Source of the DNA: Candidatus Shapirobacteria bacterium
GTDB taxonomy: Bacteria; Patescibacteriota; Microgenomatia; UBA12405
Reading direction: 5' to 3'
Assembly (NCBI GenBank): GCA_022837635.1
Contig: JALHFY010000001.1
Span: 381,693 to 445,692, forward strand
DNA: 64,000 nucleotides
Below are positions 27,253 to 36,300 of the stretch, one piece after another. The notes under the pieces are model-generated. The model made no database searches. It had not been told where the DNA came from and saw nothing but the letters and a program-made list of their open reading frames with translations. The position numbers and the translations under genes are program-made. Positions within the stretch are counted from its first letter, which is position 1. Each line of letters starts with the position of its first letter.

Positions 27253-28596
27253 TTATCGACTCCACTCTGAGACAGTAATTTCTCGAAAATTATTTTCACT
27301 GTTTTGGGTGTAACCCAGTTCAGTTAAGATTTGGTGGTGGTTGAGGCCGTGAATTATTTCTCCGTAGGGAATCACTAAAAGATTGTTTTCAGTGGGAGTT
27401 TGGGTTTTGCTGTCAATAATATTAACCTCAGCTTGATAAAACTTAATCGGATCACTGAAAGAGGCAATCATGTAAACATTTTGTCCAGGATGGAGGGTTT
27501 GGGCTACAGCTTGCCAGTCTTCGCGGTGAAAATGTGGATTAAAAAGATAAATCAAAGTAAAAATTAAATAAATCCCGCCGATGAATATTTTGTTTCGTCT
27601 TGGGGTGACATTAATTGACAAAATAATAGTAATGATAGGCAAAAGATAAATAAAACGAAAATATTGCAATAGAGGCGATTTGAAGGAAAAGAGAGTGGCC
27701 AAAATTATCGGCAAAATTAAAATAATTTTTAACCAGTTAATTTTTTGATTACTTTTACTTAAAAAATAGGCAATGATTAAAGTCCAAATGCCAGCAATTA
27801 AATAATAGGAATATTTAGGACACCAACTGATTTTACCTAAACTAAATTTAAGCGGAATTAGGAGCAAGTTTTTAAGATTGACTTTACCTAAAACCAAGGA
27901 CCAGTTAGCAACATGGCTCAATGATAAAGTCGAATTATGGAGCTGAATTTTTAGAAGCGGCCAAATTGAAATAATGGCAATAAGAGTCCCAAGGTTAGTT
28001 AATAAAAAGGTTTTTTTATTGCTTTTGAAGAAAGAATAAATGGTCATGGCAGCCAATAAAAAAATGGAACCGTAAAAAGTGTGAAAAGCTAAACAGGCCA
28101 TTAAATTATATAAAAATAAATCGACTGAATTATGTTTACCGTCTTTGATCTTAAGGAAAAAAAAGAGAGCCAAAGTAAGCCACATGGTAGCCATGGCATA
28201 CATCCTTAATTCTTGAGAAAAATAGACAAAGAGAGGGTTGACGGCTAAAAAAATGGCCGCCCATAACCCCGTATTTTGGTTTTTGAGTCTTTTGGCGATC
28301 AAATAGACGACATAAATAGTGACCAGGGAAAACAAGACCGAACTTAAACGGAGAAAAAAGACATTTTTACCCCAAAGATTTTGCCAAAGATTAAGAAAGC
28401 AATAATATAATGGTGGGTGAAAATCATTAACGGAAAAATTGGTCACAATATCTTTGATGGGAAGAGCGGAAACATTGGCGGAAATAGCTTCATCTAGCCA
28501 TAAGGATTGATTCAGGCCAATTAATCTCAGAGCAAAAGCGATAATTAATATTAACCAGATCATTTTGATATTATATGCTAGTTTATGATAAACCAA
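27253..28596 (-). CDS. Glycosyltransferase family 39 (ArnT/PMT-like) polytopic membrane protein
   Basis: 447 aa, more than 10 TM segments. The N-terminal loop LWLDEAISANVS ... NDFHPPLYY resembles the DE/PPL motifs of GT39/GT83 enzymes. Confidence 0.65.
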   Translation of the reverse strand: MVYHKLAYNIKMIWLILIIAFALRLIGLNQSLWLDEAISANVSALPIKDIVTNFSVNDFHPPLYYCFLNLWQNLWGKNVFFLRLSSVLFSLVTIYVVYLIAKRLKNQNTGLWAAIFLAVNPLFVYFSQELRMYAMATMWLTLALFFFLKIKDGKHNSVDLFLYNLMACLAFHTFYGSIFLLAAMTIYSFFKSNKKTFLLTNLGTLIAIISIWPLLKIQLHNSTLSLSHVANWSLVLGKVNLKNLLLIPLKFSLGKISWCPKYSYYLIAGIWTLIIAYFLSKSNQKINWLKIILILPIILATLFSFKSPLLQYFRFIYLLPIITIILSINVTPRRNKIFIGGIYLIFTLIYLFNPHFHREDWQAVAQTLHPGQNVYMIASFSDPIKFYQAEVNIIDSKTQTPTENNLLVIPYGEIIHGLNHHQILTELGYTQNSENNFREITVSEWSR

Positions 28597-29748
28597 CCTT
28601 TAGCCTCATTACTACGGCCTAAGAATTTAGAGGAATTTGTAGGTCAAAGGCACTTGGTTGGCCCCGACAAACCTCTTTATTTGGCGATTAAAAATCACCA
28701 AATTTTTTCGATGATTTTTTGGGGACCTCCGGGGGTGGGTAAGACAACTTTGGCGCGAATTATCGCTAAAGAAGCCAAGGCGGAATTGTATGAATTATCG
28801 GCGGTGTCGGCCGGAAAAGATGATATTAGAAAAATTATCAACAGTCCTAATCCCGGACTAATCAAAAAGATTTTATTTTTGGATGAAATCCATAGGTTTA
28901 ATAAGGCGCAGCAAGATTATCTGTTACCTTTTGTAGAGTCGGGGGTACTGACTCTGATTGGCGCCACCACCGAAAATCCCAGTTTTGAGGTGATTGCTCC
29001 CCTGTTGTCTCGCTGTCGAGTTTTTGTTCTCAATGAATTAAGTGATGAGGAGATGGGAGAAATTATTAATCGGGCGGTAAAAGTGTTGAAAATAAAAATT
29101 GATAAAAAAGCCAAGGATTGGTTGATCAATATGGCCAATGGTGATGCTCGTCAAGCCATCACTATGATTGACAATGCCGTGACTCTGTATGGTGATTTAA
29201 GAATTGAGAGCCTAAAAAATGCTTTACAAAACTCTTATCTCCGATTTGATAAACAAGGTGAGGAGCATTACAACACTATCTCCGCTTTTATTAAAAGTAT
29301 GCGCGCCAGTAACCCTGATGCAGCGGTTTATTATTTAGCCCGAATGATTGCCGCCGGTGAAGATCCAAAATTTATTGCCAGACGGATGGTAATTTTTGCT
29401 AGTGAAGATATCGGACCGGCGAATCCCAACGCCTTGCTGTTGGCTAACGAAGTGTTTCAAGCGGTGACCACCATTGGTTATCCGGAATGTGATTTAAATT
29501 TGGCTCAGGGAGCGGTTTATCTGGCCAATTCACCTAAAGACAGGTCAATTTATAACGGTTTGAGAGCGGCTCAGGAAGATGTGAAAAAATTTGGCAATTT
29601 ACCGATTCCGATGAAAATCCGCAACGCACCCACCAAACTGATGAAAGAGGTCGGTTATGGAAAGGGATATGAAATGTATACTACAGAAGATTTATTGCCG
29701 GAAAAATTGAAGGGGAGAAAATATTTTAAAAATTTAAAGAAAAAATGA
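28585..29748 (+). CDS. rarA: Replication-associated recombination protein A (AAA+ ATPase RarA/MgsA)
   Basis: Walker [10 protein letters not shown], Walker B FLDEIH, sensor and C-terminal MgsA helical domain ([10 protein letters not shown]). Confidence 0.85.
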   Translation: MINQPLASLLRPKNLEEFVGQRHLVGPDKPLYLAIKNHQIFSMIFWGPPGVGKTTLARIIAKEAKAELYELSAVSAGKDDIRKIINSPNPGLIKKILFLDEIHRFNKAQQDYLLPFVESGVLTLIGATTENPSFEVIAPLLSRCRVFVLNELSDEEMGEIINRAVKVLKIKIDKKAKDWLINMANGDARQAITMIDNAVTLYGDLRIESLKNALQNSYLRFDKQGEEHYNTISAFIKSMRASNPDAAVYYLARMIAAGEDPKFIARRMVIFASEDIGPANPNALLLANEVFQAVTTIGYPECDLNLAQGAVYLANSPKDRSIYNGLRAAQEDVKKFGNLPIPMKIRNAPTKLMKEVGYGKGYEMYTTEDLLPEKLKGRKYFKNLKKK

Positions 29749-30212
29749 ATACAGAAAAACAGAAGGCACTCACTCAAGGATTATTAGCGGGTTATGGTGG
29801 CATATCTGAATTTACAACAGTCAACAGAGGTGGGTTTGAATTAAAATCTAGTCATTTTGAAAGTGGTGATGTTGTTTATCATGATGAATGGACTAAAAGA
29901 GGTGGACAAGAAATTGTAAAAATAGGAGATAAATTGATGACACGAGTCTATGCCGGTGGAGTCGCATCAGAAACAATCTTATCAGGCTTAGGAATCACTA
30001 AGGAAGATGTTATCGGTCACTTAAAATCTAGGATTCAAGAACTGGGTGACAAAACTAGATTATGTAAAAATTGTTTTCCAGATAAACAAGATGAATGGGG
30101 TTATCAATATGAAATCTTAGATCAAGATGCAACGATTGCTACGACTACAGGTAAAGAGACTATTACGTATAAAGACCAAACCGTATTTGTACATTGTTTT
30201 GTGATTTTCTAG
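29745..30212 (+). CDS. Hypothetical protein
   Basis: 155-aa ORF overlapping the rarA stop by 4 nt. No recognisable motif. Confidence 0.35.
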   Translation: MNTEKQKALTQGLLAGYGGISEFTTVNRGGFELKSSHFESGDVVYHDEWTKRGGQEIVKIGDKLMTRVYAGGVASETILSGLGITKEDVIGHLKSRIQELGDKTRLCKNCFPDKQDEWGYQYEILDQDATIATTTGKETITYKDQTVFVHCFVIF

Positions 30213-30279
30213 AACAGAAACAGAAATAATAGTAATGTAATAAATTTCACTGAATACTTGTGATATTAAAAGTGTCTGT

Positions 30280-30307
30280 TTGACATTGTCATCAATTATG
30301 TTACAAT
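30280..30307 (+). promoter_or_regulatory. Near-consensus sigma70 promoter upstream of the giant surface-protein gene
   Basis: TTGACA-N16-TACAAT, about 35 nt upstream of the TTG start at 30342. Confidence 0.45.
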
Positions 30308-30341
30308 TCCGGCAGTCCCATAGTTAAAGATTATTTTTCAC

Positions 30342-33300
30342 TTGAAAAATATATTCAAAAAACGAGTCTTTGACAAATTAGCGGCAATTTCCGCTGGTGT
30401 CTCGTTAATTCTCAACATCTTTTTGCCTTTATTAATAGTGATCCCTGTCCGGGCTGAAGAAATAGCAGCCTCTCCATCTGCGGAAGTAATAGAGGCTACT
30501 CCTACCCCTGAACCTACTGCCGCTCCAGAACTGACTCCCGCTCCCGAAGTTACTCCAACTCTAGAACCGTCATTAACTCCAACTGAAACTCCTGAAAATG
30601 CTGATGTTGGTGCTACTGAGGCAGCTGCTACTCCAACTGAAATTGAAGCTAAGCCTACGATTGCGAATGAGAAAAATGATGATAGTGATAAAGAAGAAGT
30701 TTCTCAAAAGTTCCGATCTACTCTTTTAAGTGCTTCTCAGTCAAGCAAGTCCGGTCAATACTCTATTTCTTCTACTAATGGTATTTGGACTAAGGTTGAG
30801 GGAACAAATAACTATGATGGTTTGAATACTGAGGAGATAAGATGGGGATCTGCCTCTTCAGGATCTTCTAGAAGTGGTTTAAGATTTGATGGTGTTGGTA
30901 CAACAACCAGTTTTAACGCCAATGAAAAGTTTTTAATAGGTGGTTTAACTCATTTTAATTGGCCTATATCGGGATCAGCAGCGAATAAAGCAACTCTAAA
31001 AATTACCCTAAATTTTTCAAATCCCTCTATTACGCCCTCGCCTACATTTACATATGATTTTGGTATTGAAGAAACAACCAATACTTACAATTTACAGGAT
31101 TGTAAATATTATGGTAAGCCTGAGCAACAAAGTCAGACTGCTTGCGATGACGTAATTACATTTCCTAATGGAGGTTATGGTGAAGAGGAATACACTATAG
31201 GGGATATGAAGTATACCCTAAAGATTGACGGTTTTCAAAATTCATATCCTGATGGTAAAACGGTTAGTAAGTTCATAACAGAAGAAAGAAAAAATAATGA
31301 GGCATTTTTAGTCGGCCATCTCAGTTCTGTCTTGGTTGAAAGCCCAAAAATCTCCATCATTAAAAAAGTGAATGGTTACGATGCAAATACTCCTGGAGAA
31401 GCAGTCCAAGTCACCGCAGGAGAAACAGTCAACTTTACATATATTGTTCAGAATACAGGTAATGTTAAATTAACAGGCATCTCAGTAACTGACAATAAAG
31501 GAGTTAATGTAAGTTGTCCTAAAACAGAATTAGATCCTGGCACGAGTATGACCTGTACTGGTAGTGCTAAAGCTATTGCGGGCAAATATACTAATATCGG
31601 TACAGTAAATACAACATCTCATCCATCAGTCACAGCTAGTGATCCTGCAAACTATGTCGGTCTTGTTCCTAAAATTAAAATTTGTCATAGAACCGCCTCA
31701 CATACAAGTCCTTATGAAGTAATTGAGCCTGATGCATCTGGAGATTTAAATGGTCATGTGGGACACACGGGGGATATTTGGTTCCCAGGTATAACAGTGG
31801 CATGGGGAGATATTATTAAACCGTTTACATATTACGAAAATGGGGAGCAAAAAGAATTTACAGGCCTCAATTGGAGTGAATATGGACAAGCGGTGTATAA
31901 CAATGACTGTAAAATTCCACAAGGTAAGATAATTATCAACAAAGTTTTAAGCCCAGCCTCTAACGACAACACAGAATTTACAATAGTAGGTAGTGGTACT
32001 CCTGCAATAACAGGTTCTCCTACTTTCTTGTATGAGAGTGGCAGTAATGTCGGAAGTATCAGTAGAAATAAATCTCATACATACAATGCCATGCCCGGTA
32101 CTTATAATATTGGAGAAACAGTTCCGGAAGGATGGAATCTAGTCAGTAATACGTGTTCAAATATCGAAATTGCGAATAACGAAACTAAAGAATGTACTAT
32201 TACTAACACACAAGATGGTTCATTAACTATTGTCAAGAAAGCATTACCATTTGGTATGGATTCATTTGGATTTACTCTGACAGGTAATGGAGTGAGTGAA
32301 CAATTCAGCTTAGTTGATAATTCAGGGACGGAAGATGCAAGCAAGACATTTAGTTTGAAAGCAGGGACATATGCAGTTGCGGAAGATAATTACGACGATT
32401 GGAAGACAACAGCTTCTTGTACAGGTGGACAGACAATAGATAATATTGTCCTAAACGCTGGCGATAGTGTAACTTGTACGTTTGCTAATACAAAATATGG
32501 GTCTATTTCAGGTCATAAATGGAATGATGCTAGTGGAAAAATAGAAGATCCAAATACAGATTTAACTCCAGTTTCTGGATGGACAATCATTCTGAAAGAT
32601 AAAAATGGAGCTGAGATTACTAGAACAACAACTGATGTAAATGGATACTATAAGTTTACCGGATTACTACCTGCAGACTACATAGTCACGGAGGGTTTGG
32701 AAGCTGGTTGGATAGTTTTGGCTGGTGATAGTAGAGATGTGGAGTTGAATGCTGGTAATAACGAGACTAATGTTGATTTCATTAATGTTAAATACGGTAG
32801 TATCAAAGTCTTAAAGAACGTTGATGTAGATGGGAACGGTCAGGTGGATACAGAAGGTGCTACAGATTGGGAATGGTTATTGGGAATGGATACAAAGGCG
32901 AGGATATATGCTACAGGAGAGACAGCTAAAAACTTATTGCCTGGAGTTTATAAAGTATCAGAAACACAGAAAAATGGCTATCATATAACGTCATTAGTAT
33001 GTACAAATAATGGTCAAGAGATTGTTAATGAGGCAAGTGAAAGTGTGAAAATTTCGTTAGAGTCGGGAGATAATGTTGTATGTACCTTTACCAATACCAG
33101 AGACACGGGTACATTAATTGTTAGAAAAGAAGTTGTTAATGATAATGGTGGTGCTCTGACAGCCAAGGACTTTTCATTTAAGATTGATACCGGTAAAGGG
33201 ATTGTTTTTGATCAAGATCCCACAAATCCTTTATTGGGTGAGAATACGTATAAGACTTTCCCAACTGGTACCTACACTATTACAGAACTAGAGGCAAATC

Positions 33301-36300
33301 AAAGAGGATATGCTACCTCATACAACAACTGTGACAAAGTAGAGGTTAAGAAAGGCGAAACAGCTGTTTGTACAATTACAAACAATGATAAAGCAGCAAA
33401 GCTAACTGTAATCAAGAAAGTCATTAATGATAATGGGGGAACAGCAAAAGTAAAAGATTTTGAAATTAAATTAAATGATAAAGACTTGGAATTTAAGTTA
33501 GATCAAGGAAGTGTAAGTAAATATATTTCTACTTATATTTCTACTCCAGAAGTCCAATCTAACACGGAGTATAAATTGACAGAAATTGATCATCCTGGTT
33601 ATAAGGAAGGAAAATGGAGTTGTAAGCCCAAAAAGGACGATGGAACTGGAGATGCAAGACCAGTACCCACCAAGGAAGGGCCGTCAACCTCTTTCACCTT
33701 ATCTCCAGGAAAGGAGATTGTTTGCACGATTACCAACGACGATATTGCCCCTTCGTTACAACTAATTAAGAAGGTCGTTAATGATAATGGTGGTACAGCA
33801 GTGGCAACCGATTGGAATCTAAAGGCAGAGGGTCTAACTCCAATTTCGGGAGATGGTAGTGCTATAAGTGGAAATAAATTCAAGGCTGGTGCATATACTT
33901 TGAGCGAAAATAGTGCTGTCACAGGATATAGTGCTAGTGATTGGAATTGTACAAATGGGATTGAGGTTGATGGCAACAACGGAATAACCCTGGGAATAGG
34001 TCAATCTACAGTCTGTACCATTACTAATGATGACGTGGCGCCAACTCTTAAACTAGTTAAGAATGTTGATAATGGCCATGGTGGTCCATCAAATGCAAAT
34101 GATTGGACATTAACTGCAAAATCAGAAACAGAAGAATTCAGTAATCTTGGTGATGCTGATACGACTCACACAGTTACGGCAGGAGTTGTCTATACATTGA
34201 GTGAGACAGGTCCAGAAAAATATGAAGCAGGAGAATGGGAGTGTACCAATAACATTGTGGTTGATAATAATAATGGAATAACTCTCGGATTGGGACAATC
34301 AACTGTTTGTACAATTACCAATACCTACTCACCTGGTTGTATTGAAGGTGAAGGTATTGGAGCTGATATAGTTGCTTCGGTTACACCAGGCACCAGATAT
34401 GACGGTAATCCTATTGTAAACTTGGGAAGTGAGGATAGAACAAAACCAGGAAATGCATTGGGTACAGCTGATGATAAATTCTACAGTTTGGGTAAAGATG
34501 GAGAGATTGAGCTGGAGTTTACCGGTTTCGTAGAAAATGTAGCCGGTAACGATTTCTCTATTCATGAGGTAACTTGGAATAGAGATAGCGACAAAGAAGA
34601 AAAGGCAGAAGTGTATGTTAAAAACAGCAATTCTGACTGGAAATATCTTGGAGAAGCCAGCAGTTTCAGTGATGGAAATAATGATGGAAAAAGAGATGGA
34701 ATCACACATTTTGATTTTGGAAACACAGGATTACCTTGGATAAATGCTATTAAACTGGTTGAGTCATCGGTGGGTCAGGATAATAACGATGACGGCTTTG
34801 ATTTGAATGCTATCGTGGCCGCCAGTCATGTTTGTAAAGAACCTTCTGTATCACAAGTAAAGATTTGTAAAGTGGATAATAAAAATAGACCATTGTCAGG
34901 CTGGGATGTGATGTTAAAAGAAAAAGTAGATGGTCCTAGTTTGATAAATGTATCCAACGATAGTGGGACTAATTCCTCTGATTTACTAGCAGGAAAATAC
35001 CTTATCAAAGTTAGTGGTACATATAGATATGGAAATTCTTCAATGAATGCTGACGCAGGCTTTTCGTACAGACCACAGGGAATACCCAGTGGTTGTGATT
35101 GTTGGTTAGATGGACACGAAATATCAGGAGGTTTAATGGCTCGGGTAAATGGAGAGGCAGTAAATTGGGGAGCTTATAATGATGGTCATGTTTACACATA
35201 TGTATATGATCATAATGGGGGAAAAATAAACATATCAATCCGGGACAATATATATATAGATAATGTAAATAATAATAATTTCCAGTTTGAAATTTTCAGA
35301 ATACCGGAAGGTTATTATGGTACTACTGGTAACGATGGGTGTGTTATCTTAAACAACGTCCTTTATGGAGATTACATTCTTGATGAAATCTTGAAAGAAG
35401 GATGGATTAATGTCTCTGGGAAAGGAAGTTCGGTGTCAGTAGATTCTTTAGAAGAAGTCTTTACATTAGTAAACAGAGAAGATGCTCCTGTAACCATAGT
35501 GGCGACCAAAATTGTCTGTAATAATGAAGCAGATTTGCCAAATTGGGGTTATGGAGCTCCTGATAATATAACCAAGGATACGGCTTCAAATTTCCTGGCT
35601 TCACGTCCCAATTGTCGTCGAGAATCTGGTTGGAGTTTCCAATGGGGAAATGATAGTTCAACTAACCCAGGAGATACGCACACAGGAGAAGCATCCGGTT
35701 GGCACACCTTTGGTCCGACTGGTTCTGACGGAGTTGCTACTGTCAATATTAACGACTTTGGCAACACTTCTCAAATTAAGGTGAGAGAGGTTTTGAAAGA
35801 AAATTATATTCCGTTTACATATTTAACCAACAAAAACAATTCCAACAATGTGTCTGCAGAAATCTATTGTCACACCGATGTTTTGAATTATGACAACGAT
35901 GATAGATTTATACCCGAATACGGAAATACCTATTATTGTGTTGCTTGGAACGTGGAAAAGAATCCATTGTTATCGATAGTGAAGAGTGGTGCTTTTGTTG
36001 ATGGAAATGCCAATGGTTTTGCAGATGTGGGAGAGACTATCAACTATAGCTTCACAGTTAAAAATGAAGGTAATGTCACTTTAACCAATGTGACTGTCAC
36101 CGATCCTAAAGTGACTGTGATTGGTGGTCCGATTACACTTAATGTGGGTCAAACTGATGCCACTACATTTACCGCTTCTTATGTGTTGACTCAGGATGAT
36201 GTTGACACTGGAAAAGTAGATAACACCGCTACTGCTGATTCAGACGAATCAGAACCAGCGTCAGATGATGAGACCGTCACTTTTAATACGAAAAAACCCA